The translations under genes were made by a program, and so were the position numbers. Below the pieces are notes generated by a model. That model did not search any database and was not told the DNA's origin. It worked only from the letters and a program-made list of their open reading frames with translations. A stretch of 36,355 bases of DNA from a virus, in IMG/VR virus record IMGVR_UViG_3300021399_000307, positions 1 to 36,355 of that record. One strand, 5' to 3'. The number at the start of each line of letters is the position of its first letter. Positions within the stretch are counted from its first letter, which is position 1. Positions 23,108-30,728 of this stretch are shown here, in pieces.

Positions 23108-23487
23108 TTAAACCTTTTCCTTAATAAGTTCCCGGGCGGGCTGCAAAAACTCGTTCCTGGCGCTTATTTCCTCCTTAAAGATGCCCGTCAATTTACAGGT
23201 GCTCATCTTGCCCGGCTTTCTTGCTCCGCGCATTGTCTTGCAAAGGTGTTCCCCTTCCATTAGCAGGGCGATTCCAAGCGGCGGGTTTTCCGTACCCAGC
23301 ACCCCGGCGATGTCCTCCACGATGTCAGACACCAGCCGCTCTTGAATTTGCAGTTTGGCGGCATGATAGTCCACTACCCGGCCAATCTTGGATAGGCCGA
23401 GAATCTTTCCGTTCTCCCCTGCGAGATAAATTTCCTTTCATCGAATACATAGGGCCGGGAACTTGTCCCGGCGAGATAGAGATTCAT
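23108..23487 (-). pseudogene. folE: N-terminally truncated, frame-disrupted GTP cyclohydrolase I (FolE) fragment
   Basis: YLAGENGKILGLSKIGRVVDYHAAKLQIQERLVSDI...EGEHLCKTMRGARKPG...GIFKEE..R.EFL aligns with the C-terminal ~105 aa of FolE. The CEHH zinc motif is absent. The ATG at 23487 (ATGA with the ParB stop) is in another frame, 50 nt out of register. Confidence 0.7.
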
Positions 23488-24059
23488 ACCACCTTGCACC
23501 CGGGCCAATCCTGCAAGGTTACTTCGAGGGCTGCAGAAATATCGCCCAACTTATCCTCATAGGCGGCGGGAATTTCGACCACGACCTTGATGGGCTTGGG
23601 CTTCCCCTCTCCGGCCTCCTCAAATAGGGCATCCAGCGCACCGGGGTCTTCCGGCTGGCCCGTTATCCACTCCGGAACGCCCCATTCGGCAAGATGCCCG
23701 TTATCCCATTCGTTGGCGAGCTGGTCAATATCCCACGCCCCGAAAGAGCCGTTATCCTTGATTACGATTTCCTTCATTTTCTCCACGGGGGTGTTCTCCG
23801 GGAACAGGATTACCGGGGCTTCCTTGTCCTTATTCTTTCGCGCCCCTTCGTAGCGGAGGTTCCCGCCGAGTATAACCTTCTGCCCTTGATACATCACGGC
23901 GATGATAGGCCGGGCTTCAAAGAGTTCCGGGGTTTCTTTGAGGGATTTGGCTATCTTGTCCACATCGCCCTTCGTCCATTGGCGGGGGTTGGACGGCAAG
24001 CCGGGAATCTGCCCGGTGTTCGGGGTGAGTTCCGAGAGTTTGAGTTTGAGAATCTGCAT
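23484..24059 (-). CDS. ParB-like nuclease domain protein
   Basis: Track ORF of 191 aa. It has LPSNPRQWTKGDVDKIAKSL...PIIAV...VILGGNLRYEGA (ParB/Srx N-domain pattern). Confidence 0.65.
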   Translation of the reverse strand: MQILKLKLSELTPNTGQIPGLPSNPRQWTKGDVDKIAKSLKETPELFEARPIIAVMYQGQKVILGGNLRYEGARKNKDKEAPVILFPENTPVEKMKEIVIKDNGSFGAWDIDQLANEWDNGHLAEWGVPEWITGQPEDPGALDALFEEAGEGKPKPIKVVVEIPAAYEDKLGDISAALEVTLQDWPGCKVV

Positions 24060-24072
24060 TATCGTTTTATAT

Positions 24073-24459
24073 TTATGCTTTACTTTTCGATTTCCCGGCC
24101 CTTCCGGGTTTCTTGGGGGAATTATCCACCTTCGCCTTTAAAGCCGCTTCTCGGGCTTCTTTTTCTACGAAGTAGAGCCGCCCGGCCTTCTGCAAGATGG
24201 AGAGGACACAGGACGCGCAGCCGGGGTTGAACCGGGGCAGCTGCTCGGTTTCGTGTACGATGTCGTAGATGCCTTGCAGGGCGCTTCGTCCGGGGTTGCG
24301 TGCCCAGCCGGAGCGGACGGCGGTACGGAGGTTATCTTCGTACTGGCTTAAGTAGTTGAAATCGCGGTCAGTCATAATTCGGTAATTTTTGAAGTATCGA
24401 AACGGGGATATAGTAGCCATCATAGATAGCGGTACGTGAGAGGCGAGGGTCGGGGTCAT
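24073..24459 (-). CDS. hypothetical protein (start uncertain; an alternative ATG is at 24375)
   Basis: Track ORF of 128 aa with a basic C-terminus. Confidence 0.45.
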   Translation of the reverse strand: MTPTLASHVPLSMMATISPFRYFKNYRIMTDRDFNYLSQYEDNLRTAVRSGWARNPGRSALQGIYDIVHETEQLPRFNPGCASCVLSILQKAGRLYFVEKEAREAALKAKVDNSPKKPGRAGKSKSKA

Positions 24460-24519
24460 TATCGTAATAGACCAACGAAGCGCCGGGGAGTTTTGTCCCG
24501 GCTTTTACTCGCCGCCACC

Positions 24520-24825
24520 TTATTTCTTGGTTACAAATTCTGTCCATATTTCCTGTTCTTGTTCATAGCCGGGGGTTTCAAGCCAGCCCGGTACTTTTTT
24601 TCGGTAGTGGTTTATCGTGGAGTGGTCAACACCGAGGGCGTTGCCGACTGCGTGTTCTGTCCATCCCTCCATCAGCAGCCGGAAGGCTACCATCGCGCGA
24701 CCCGTTGCTACCCATCGCTTCCGGGATTCCTCGGCGGGGTCATACCCGGTCAGGTTGTGCATTTCCCGGCAGAGTTCCCGCGCCCGGTCGAATAGTTGCG
24801 ACGATACTGGTATTCGCTCATTCAT
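24520..24825 (-). CDS. DnaA C-terminal-domain-like HTH protein
   Basis: Track ORF of 101 aa. RAMVAFRLLMEGWTEHAVGNALGVDHSTINHYRKKV resembles DnaA domain IV. Confidence 0.5.
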   Translation of the reverse strand: MNERIPVSSQLFDRARELCREMHNLTGYDPAEESRKRWVATGRAMVAFRLLMEGWTEHAVGNALGVDHSTINHYRKKVPGWLETPGYEQEQEIWTEFVTKK

Positions 24826-25136
24826 TCCGGTAGACGATTAAAGAGCCACAACGTCCACTCACGAATAAATAGCAGCGCGGCGGCGATTGTTACGGAGAGC
24901 AACGAGAGCGCAGCGGATTCAGCAACGGCGAGCAGCGAGAAATCCACGCAGATAGAGTAGATAAGGCATACCCACCACGTCATACATTGGCCGCAGTCAA
25001 AGGGCTTCAGCGGCTTTAATTCCCGGACTTTGAGTTTCCGGGCGAGGGCATCCCGCCACGACTGCGTGAAGCCGGACACATCCACGATATAAACGACAAT
25101 CGCGGCCACGATAGGAAGTTGTGCGTAGATGGTCAT
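24822..25136 (-). CDS. multi-pass membrane protein
   Basis: Track ORF of 104 aa with three hydrophobic helices and a PFDCGQCMTWW motif. ATGA overlaps at both ends. Confidence 0.55.
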   Translation of the reverse strand: MTIYAQLPIVAAIVVYIVDVSGFTQSWRDALARKLKVRELKPLKPFDCGQCMTWWVCLIYSICVDFSLLAVAESAALSLLSVTIAAALLFIREWTLWLFNRLPE

Positions 25137-25414
25137 ATCTCATAGATATAGTCCCACTTGTGATAGCCCCCGATAAGGGTCAGCCGCTTAATTTCCTTCT
25201 CGGGGATGAAGTAATCATTCTCGGCCTTCCCGAAGGCGTAGTTCAGAGTACCGAGTTTGTCCCGGTTCGTGGGTTCGATACAACCGGCATCCTGCTTTCG
25301 GGAAAGGACATAATCAATCAAGTCCCCGGTGGTGAATCCGGGTTTAAGGATTGCCCGGAGTTCGCACGTTCCGTCCCCAAATTCGCGGATATGTTCAACT
25401 TCAAATGGTCTCAT
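25133..25414 (-). CDS. hypothetical protein (93 aa)
   Basis: Track ORF. ATGA overlap with the sigma-4 ORF stop. Confidence 0.5.
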   Translation of the reverse strand: MRPFEVEHIREFGDGTCELRAILKPGFTTGDLIDYVLSRKQDAGCIEPTNRDKLGTLNYAFGKAENDYFIPEKEIKRLTLIGGYHKWDYIYEI

Positions 25415-25707
25415 AATCGTTCCTTAATTTCCTTTGCAGTCATTTCGTAGTATTCAGTAAGTATCTTCTCCTTGATTGGGTCAAGTACCCGCTTGACACT
25501 CCCGTAGGACATCCCCAATCTTTTCCCCAAATCCCGCAGACTTCCGCAGTCGGCGTACAGGAGGATAAGGGTGCGCTCCACTTGGTCAAGCCTGTTCAGC
25601 ACGATTTCCTTAATCCGTCGTACCTTGTCCGGCTCTGCGTTGAAGATAGAATCGTCTATCTCGAAGTCCTTGCGGATTTCCTTGTAGTCCCGTAGTACAT
25701 CATTCAT
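25411..25707 (-). CDS. sigma-70 region 4-like protein (second half of a split ECF-type sigma)
   Basis: Track ORF of 98 aa. LDQVERTLILLYADCGSLRDLGKRLGMSYGSVKRVLDPIKEKI matches the region 4.2 HTH pattern. Confidence 0.6.
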   Translation of the reverse strand: MNDVLRDYKEIRKDFEIDDSIFNAEPDKVRRIKEIVLNRLDQVERTLILLYADCGSLRDLGKRLGMSYGSVKRVLDPIKEKILTEYYEMTAKEIKERL

Positions 25708-26005
25708 CGGCGAAGTCTTTGTCCGTTATGTCGTCTGTCCGGGATGAGAATCGCCGGATGACGGCGTGGTAAGGGGAGCGCGGGGAGCGCAGTTGGTTAA
25801 CGATAACCCTTGCCAAGAAGAAGCGGATTTGCCCCGATTCCCAAAGGTCTATGATTTTGTCCTCATCGTATTCCAGCAGGATAAGGTAGACCATTTGGCA
25901 GAGGTCTTTGAGGTTCTGGGATAGGCGGGTATGGGCGATGTTGCAGACCATCTGCTCCACCACCCTGTCCCGAGCGAGTGCCGCGCCTATCTCCATCTTC
26001 GTCAT
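25700..26005 (-). CDS. sigma-70 region 2-like protein (first half of a split ECF-type sigma)
   Basis: Track ORF trimmed to MTKMEIG (ATG at 26005, 8 nt after the NinG stop). DLCQMVYLILLEYDEDKIIDLWESGQIRFFLARVIVNQLRSPRSPY fits regions 2.1-2.4. The stop overlaps the next ATG (ATGAATGA). Confidence 0.55.
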   Translation of the reverse strand: MTKMEIGAALARDRVVEQMVCNIAHTRLSQNLKDLCQMVYLILLEYDEDKIIDLWESGQIRFFLARVIVNQLRSPRSPYHAVIRRFSSRTDDITDKDFADE

Positions 26006-26012
26006 CTCGCTA

Positions 26013-27326
26013 TTAAATAGACTTTCCCTGCATCTTGTCAACTTCCTGCTGGTAGTGCTTGATAAGGAGTTGCAGTTCAAACGCGCTCCACTTCTTTGTC
26101 ATCCGTCCCCTTGCTAATAGCATATCCACGCGGTCTTTCCCGATTTTGGCTTCGAGGTTGCGCTGGTAGGCGATAATGTGGTCAGCGGAAAAGCGGTTGC
26201 AGTTGTGCATCATATACCCGTTTGCGATAAAAGTGTGGGTGCTGGTTTCCATTACCACAATCTCCTGTATTCCGGCGGGCGTAATTGATTTAACCTTCGT
26301 GTCGTACTTCGAGCGAATATCTCCAAGTTTATCTATGTCCAGTTTCTTTAATTTATGCGGGCGCAGTTTCATAAGAAATTGCACCTTTTCGATATTCGAC
26401 CCGGTTATAAGGAATTGCCACGTCTGTACCTTTGAATTTATCGCTCCGTTTCTCGGCTTTTCCATCCATTGGCGGCAGGGTTTATGATTTCCCGTAAAGC
26501 GTTCCATCCATTTCACGATGTCAGCGCAAATCTCCGGGTAGGTTTCGCTTTGAGCAATCCCAATACGAAGGCCATAGCGGATTGAACCGTCCGGGCCGTG
26601 GATATTCTGCTGGCAGAGGTGACCATCGGCATCAATCATTCCGGCAAGCCATCCGGCTTCGTAGGACTTCTCCTGCTGGTAGACCATTATCGGCTTACAT
26701 ACCATCGTGGTAGTTTTCTCGGTATGCGGCCCGGTCTTTTTCTTGCCGTGGAGGTTATACCCGTTTATCCACATTTCCTGCGTTTCCACCCAGCGCGTAC
26801 CACATCTTGACCGAACGAGCCATTTATGCTCGGCGGTGGTTTTGATATGGTCTCCGTTTTCAAGTTCTACATCATATACAGGGCTGGTGGCGCGATGTAT
26901 ATGGGTCACGATGCTTTTCTTCCAATGGCGGCGTTCTCCGTTCCGCCCGTGGCTTTCCTCGGTGAATCCAAACAACTCATCGCCTTCCTTTACATCCCCG
27001 AGAGGAATCCAGCGAAGGTCAGCGGTTAAGATAAGGGCATCCGGGGTAAGGCAAAACCTGCACTCCCCGTGTGCGTTTTCCTCATCGAACCGGGTGGCTT
27101 GGTGCGTCCGGGAAATGAAGTGCCCGCAGTCCATTTGCTCAAAGGGTTTGATTTGCCCGCAGGAGATACAACGGAAGTACTGGTAGTTGTACGCAGCCGA
27201 ATCCCGAAGCCGGATAAAAAGGGAGAAAACCTTATCCAATTTCCGCACAAGGGCGGCGGTACTGGGTTTCCTTTCCTTGATACCCGACTTCGGGGTTTTC
27301 GGTTTGCGCTTGATATAGTAGGGCAT
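26013..27326 (-). CDS. ninG: NinG/Rap-like recombination protein interrupted by an intein (437-aa precursor, 153-aa extein)
   Basis: KLDKVFSLFIRLRD, CISCG, DCGHFISR and RFDEENAHGECRF, then the insert, then CNRFSADHIIAYQRNLEAKIG. The ATG at 27326 overlaps the upstream stop (TAATG); the track start is further upstream. Confidence 0.8.
   Translation of the reverse strand: MPYYIKRKPKTPKSGIKERKPSTAALVRKLDKVFSLFIRLRDSAAYNYQYFRCISCGQIKPFEQMDCGHFISRTHQATRFDEENAHGECRFCLTPDALILTADLRWIPLGDVKEGDELFGFTEESHGRNGERRHWKKSIVTHIHRATSPVYDVELENGDHIKTTAEHKWLVRSRCGTRWVETQEMWINGYNLHGKKKTGPHTEKTTTMVCKPIMVYQQEKSYEAGWLAGMIDADGHLCQQNIHGPDGSIRYGLRIGIAQSETYPEICADIVKWMERFTGNHKPCRQWMEKPRNGAINSKVQTWQFLITGSNIEKVQFLMKLRPHKLKKLDIDKLGDIRSKYDTKVKSITPAGIQEIVVMETSTHTFIANGYMMHNCNRFSADHIIAYQRNLEAKIGKDRVDMLLARGRMTKKWSAFELQLLIKHYQQEVDKMQGKSI
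26202..27053 (-). mobile_element. class-1 intein with LAGLIDADG homing-endonuclease domain (284 aa)
   Basis: It begins CLTPDALILTADL, has IKTTAEH and GWLAGMIDADGHL, and ends THTFIANGYMMHN followed by Cys+1. The insert is in frame and no stop interrupts it. Confidence 0.8.
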
Positions 27327-27592
27327 TATTCCTCGTTCTCTGCCGTCTGCTTTTCGTTTTCCGAGGCTTGTTCGGCAATCGGGAATAGTTTCTCCATCAT
27401 CAGGTCTGCGGCCTTCATAGACCATTCTACGGCCTGTTCCGCGGTCATCCCGAGGTTGGGGTTGTGTACCAGCCCGAACAGGATGGAGGTTGCGTACTGC
27501 TCCCGCTTTTGGGAGAGGAAACGGAGGATTTGGTTTTTCTTTTCCTCCGGGGTGAGGGGCTTCGGCCCGCTCGGCTTCATAGATTTGTTCAT
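27326..27592 (-). CDS. hypothetical protein (88 aa)
   Basis: Track ORF with an acidic C-terminus, coupled to ninG. Confidence 0.5.
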   Translation of the reverse strand: MNKSMKPSGPKPLTPEEKKNQILRFLSQKREQYATSILFGLVHNPNLGMTAEQAVEWSMKAADLMMEKLFPIAEQASENEKQTAENEE

Positions 27593-27735
27593 ATCTGTTT
27601 ATCTTGATAGTTTATCTTGGTAGTTAATCCTTGCGGCGGGAGGGTTTCGTACCTCCACCTCCTCGCGCCCGCCGAATGAAGTCTCCCAATTTTACCACAT
27701 AGAACGATTGTTGGGGACGGGCCGGGGTGCTGCAT
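27589..27735 (-). CDS. possible small basic protein (48 aa)
   Basis: Own translation from the ATG at 27735: MQHPGPSPTIVLCGKIGRLHSAGARRWRYETLPPQGLTTKINYQDKQI. It fills an otherwise 160-nt gap and ends in an ATGA overlap. The composition is weakly protein-like. Confidence 0.3.
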   Translation of the reverse strand: MQHPGPSPTIVLCGKIGRLHSAGARRWRYETLPPQGLTTKINYQDKQI

Positions 27736-27755
27736 CTGACACCGCGCCGCTTGGA

Positions 27756-27938
27756 CTATTTCGTTAAACTTTGGAGTTCGTTTTTGGTGTTCAGTAGTTC
27801 GGATCGCAAGCACCCCTGTTCCACGTATCGGTCAACGGCTGCGACCATCTTCTTGGATGCTTTGAGCAGAGCGGCGTACCGATCACGGAGGACGGAGTTC
27901 TCCAGCTCAATCATTGAAGGGTTATTGTATCCGGGCAT
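27756..27938 (-). CDS. hypothetical helical protein (60 aa)
   Basis: Track ORF. Its ATG lies 3 nt after the upstream stop. Confidence 0.5.
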   Translation of the reverse strand: MPGYNNPSMIELENSVLRDRYAALLKASKKMVAAVDRYVEQGCLRSELLNTKNELQSLTK

Positions 27939-27941
27939 AGG

Positions 27942-28211
27942 TCAGAAGGGGAGGTCGTTATCGTCTTTCTCGGTGTGGTGCTGGGCGGGCTGCTGGTCGT
28001 ACTCTTTGAGTTGTGCCCGGCCAATAAAGCACGGGCCGTCCGTCCGCTCCTCCTTCGGGATGAAGGCGGCGATGTAGTGGTCGTAGCCATCCCGGTCTGT
28101 CTGCTTCCGGGGGCGGATGATTGCTTTGAGGTACTTCTTGCCGTTTGCGGCGGTTTTGATTCTCTCATTCGGAATATCGGAGAGGCAGATGTCAAGATAA
28201 AGGTTTGCCAT
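27942..28211 (-). CDS. putative ssDNA-binding protein with an SSB-type acidic C-terminal tip
   Basis: Track ORF of 89 aa. It ends ...TEKDDNDLPF (compare bacterial SSB ...DDDIPF) and lies in the recombination/replication module. Confidence 0.45.
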   Translation of the reverse strand: MANLYLDICLSDIPNERIKTAANGKKYLKAIIRPRKQTDRDGYDHYIAAFIPKEERTDGPCFIGRAQLKEYDQQPAQHHTEKDDNDLPF

Positions 28212-28215
28212 AATG

Positions 28216-28338
28216 TCATGAATTTGAATTATTGTCTTTTGCCCCGAGGGCGAGTAATACGATGATGGTTACAAGAGTTCCGCCGATAAGGAGCACCAGC
28301 CCCGCGAGGACGGCGAAGATAATTTCTACGAGGTTCAT
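28216..28338 (-). CDS. small single-pass membrane peptide (40 aa)
   Basis: Own trimming of the track ORF to MNLVEIIFAVLAGLVLLIGGTLVTIIVLLALGAKDNNSNS. ATGA overlap with the upstream stop. Confidence 0.45.
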   Translation of the reverse strand: MNLVEIIFAVLAGLVLLIGGTLVTIIVLLALGAKDNNSNS

Positions 28339-28691
28339 ACATCCAGCCAATAGAGTTTGTACCTGCCGTCTGCGGCCCACTCGGCGCGGAAGGTGTACTG
28401 CGGATATTGTCGCGCGATAATCCTCCGGGCTTCGCATATTCGCGTGTGGAACTCGCTGGTATCGAACTCGGATTCATCCTTGTAGGACAGGGTTCGCCCG
28501 GCGATGAGAGCGGCCACCACCTTCCGGGTGGAGGAATAGTGGTCGAGGACTTGCTGCCGCGCCTGTTTTGCGCTCCCGCTATTGAGCAGGAGGTAGATGC
28601 GGTCGCAGCGATTAAGGACTTGGTTTCTTCTCCCAATCGGGAGAGTCTGTGCCGATTTGCGGAGGACGGCGAGGGCTTCGGTGGTGTTCAT
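28335..28691 (-). CDS. hypothetical protein (118 aa)
   Basis: Track ORF with ATGA overlaps at both ends. Confidence 0.5.
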   Translation of the reverse strand: MNTTEALAVLRKSAQTLPIGRRNQVLNRCDRIYLLLNSGSAKQARQQVLDHYSSTRKVVAALIAGRTLSYKDESEFDTSEFHTRICEARRIIARQYPQYTFRAEWAADGRYKLYWLDV

Positions 28692-29179
28692 TTGGTATAA
28701 GTGTTAAGTAACATTTGTCCTGCATAGGATTCCAGCATCGCCCCGGGGGCGGATGCTTTCAGTTGGGCTTTCCGTTCAGCGGCCCGGCGTTCATTGGCCT
28801 GCTGCTGGGCGTAGTGCCCTTCGCCGACACAATAGGCTCGGACTGCTTTGTACAGGCTGGCCACGTTAATTCCGTACATCTCGGTGGAAAGGATGGACCG
28901 GCGAATGGCGTAGCCGATTTCTTCAACGGAGATATTCTTCGTTCCCACTCCGTCATCATCCAGCATCAGCTCGGTATACAGGCCGTGCGCGACAAGGGTA
29001 AGGTCTGCGGGTTGGTATTGTCTGCCCGTATAGGTGTAGGCCATTGCGACGATACCCTGCAAGCGGTGCTGGGCCGTTTCTTGGTCAAGGGTGGCCAGCC
29101 GGGGGAATCGTCTGGAATCGGCCCGCATATCCACAAGGGAAACGTTCTGCGGCTGCTGGTAGATAGTAACTTCGTTCAT
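28688..29179 (-). CDS. hypothetical protein (163 aa), replication module
   Basis: Track ORF. ATGA overlap with the upstream gene. Confidence 0.5.
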   Translation of the reverse strand: MNEVTIYQQPQNVSLVDMRADSRRFPRLATLDQETAQHRLQGIVAMAYTYTGRQYQPADLTLVAHGLYTELMLDDDGVGTKNISVEEIGYAIRRSILSTEMYGINVASLYKAVRAYCVGEGHYAQQQANERRAAERKAQLKASAPGAMLESYAGQMLLNTYTK

Positions 29180-29940
29180 TGCTCGTCGGGTTTAGGGCCA
29201 AATATCTCCGACCATACTCGGGCGTTATGCTCATAGACGGATTCCTGCCGGGGACGGGGGGCTTGGGGGGTAGGGGTTTTCGGCTGCATCCATTCCGCCT
29301 TGAATCCACGCCAACTGCGCTCGGCGGCGGTACGGATGCATTCTTCTGCTGGTAGTCCTGTTTTGTTTATTTCCCGGACAATCCCCTCAAAGGCTACCTC
29401 AGTATTCGCGGCCCGGTTCATCTTGCGGACGGCCAGCCACGCATCGGCGGTCTTTTCCGAAACACCAAGCATCAGTAATTGAGAACGGAAATCGAAATCT
29501 ATAATATTATTCTTTTTACTACTATCTTTTCTATTATCTTTATTCCTATTATCTATAGATTTACCGGATTCAACAAATCCATTTCTTGATTCAACAAATG
29601 GATGACACATATTCGACAAATGGAAAAGTTGAATCGCGGAATCGTTCAGCGAGTACCAAGTGGCCTTGTACATAGAGGTGCTGGAGAAGTCCCCCTTGAC
29701 GATAAGCCCCCGGTCAATAAGGTGCTGGATGGCGGTGCGGACATTCGCGTCGGACAGGTACGGGAAAACCTCGCGCATTTCCTTGACCGAGCGGAAGAAC
29801 CACACCCGCCCCTCCCGGTGCATATCCGGGAGGTTACAGGCGCGCTGATGCCAAAAGTAGAAGTGCTGGAGCAGGATTGCTTCGGTCAGCCCTACCATCG
29901 TGGCAAGTTCGACATTAAAGGAGTGGGAATCTGCGCTCAT
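29176..29940 (-). CDS. putative replication initiator/organiser (N-terminal winged helix, DnaD-like C-terminal part)
   Basis: Track ORF of 254 aa. It has LATMVGLTEAILLQHFYFWHQ and VRTAIQHLIDRGLIV, and sits next to the annealase gene. Confidence 0.45.
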   Translation of the reverse strand: MSADSHSFNVELATMVGLTEAILLQHFYFWHQRACNLPDMHREGRVWFFRSVKEMREVFPYLSDANVRTAIQHLIDRGLIVKGDFSSTSMYKATWYSLNDSAIQLFHLSNMCHPFVESRNGFVESGKSIDNRNKDNRKDSSKKNNIIDFDFRSQLLMLGVSEKTADAWLAVRKMNRAANTEVAFEGIVREINKTGLPAEECIRTAAERSWRGFKAEWMQPKTPTPQAPRPRQESVYEHNARVWSEIFGPKPDEQ

Positions 29941-29943
29941 CGT

Positions 29944-30702
29944 TTACAGGATTGCTTGCCCGGCCTGTGCGGCCTTGAAACCTTCGACATCAGCATCAAA
30001 CTTCTTAATTTCGTCCTGTGAGGGCGCGAAGTTCTGAATCCAATACTGGCGGTAATCCTCCCCGGTCTTGGTTTTCTTTCCCCCGGCGTAGGCCCGCACC
30101 ATCTTCCAATAGACTTCATCGGTCAGCTTGCCGCCGACTGCAATGGGTTCGACCTTCTCCGCTTTCGTTGTCCGGGATTCCCCCGTCCCAAGTTCAAAGC
30201 GGGTGTTCCCGTTCCTGTCCACGATAACCAGCCGGGAGATATTTCGCTCGGCATCGTAGGCAATCTGCTTAACAGAGAACGTGGCCCATACTTGAATCCG
30301 TCCGTTATTATCCCGGTACTCGGAGTTATTAAGGGAGACCTGAATCTTGGGGGCGGTGTAGAGTTCGCGGCCGATACCCCAATTAAACCCGGCCCGCTTG
30401 AAGGCATCGGACGCCTGTCCCTTCTCCGGCTCGGTGTTTGATTCCGTCCCGACATCCTGCTTGGCAATCCAGCAACCTTTCTCGGCGTCCCATACTTCGA
30501 TGGTGCAGTAGAGCCTGTCCCCGATAAGTTGGTGGCTGCGCTGCCAGCCTTTCGGGCCGTAGAGTTCATCCAAGATTTTCATATCCACCCGCGCATCTTT
30601 GTAGAGCAGGAGGTTAACCTTGACCACGCCGTCGTAGTTGGTGGTCTGCGCTACCCGGACATCAATCTCGTCCGAAGTCAGCAAGCGAATTTCTTTTTCC
30701 AT
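29944..30702 (-). CDS. Rad52-family single-strand annealing protein
   Basis: Track ORF of 252 aa. DVGTESNTEPEKGQASDAFKRAGFNWGIGRELY is the Rad52/Sak signature. Confidence 0.8.
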   Translation of the reverse strand: MEKEIRLLTSDEIDVRVAQTTNYDGVVKVNLLLYKDARVDMKILDELYGPKGWQRSHQLIGDRLYCTIEVWDAEKGCWIAKQDVGTESNTEPEKGQASDAFKRAGFNWGIGRELYTAPKIQVSLNNSEYRDNNGRIQVWATFSVKQIAYDAERNISRLVIVDRNGNTRFELGTGESRTTKAEKVEPIAVGGKLTDEVYWKMVRAYAGGKKTKTGEDYRQYWIQNFAPSQDEIKKFDADVEGFKAAQAGQAIL

Positions 30703-30728
30703 AAGATATGAGTATTAAAGGGTTAATA
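30700..30728 (-). promoter_or_regulatory. conserved intercistronic element (copy 3 of 4)
   Basis: The minus strand reads ATTAACCCTTTAATACTCATATCTTATG. Confidence 0.5.

Noticed and set aside
23421-25720. T4 gene-60-style translational bypassing as the main explanation for the 49/50-nt inserts with matched flanking codons.
   Set aside because: There is no stop codon directly after the putative take-off codon in two of three cases, and I could find no convincing take-off hairpin. In the sigma case the insert carries a proper stop/ATG coupling, which favours fission. It is kept only as a low-probability alternative to test.
4036-27425. N-terminal extensions of several track ORFs (4036..4392, 4659..5234, 8395..8958, 11460..12122, 19137..20441, 20869..21489, 21449..22678, 26013..27425, 25700..26080, 28216..28437, 33340..34617).
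   Set aside because: The extensions start at non-ATG codons or overlap the upstream gene or promoter by tens to hundreds of nt. Internal ATGs give ATGA/TAATG coupling or short gaps and remove junk-like N-termini.
27597-27619. Tandem 10-mers GTTTATCTTG x2 (13-nt period) just upstream of the ATG at 27592, considered as iterons or an operator.
   Set aside because: There are only two copies, and they fall inside a plausible ATGA-coupled 48-aa ORF (27589..27735). This is too little to call an origin.
28229-28636. Overlapping alternative-frame minus-strand ORFs (e.g. 28229..28636, 30123..30569, 13400..13765, 15447..15761, 22237..22473).
   Set aside because: They lie entirely inside better-supported genes in another frame and translate to R/P/G/S-rich low-complexity sequence.
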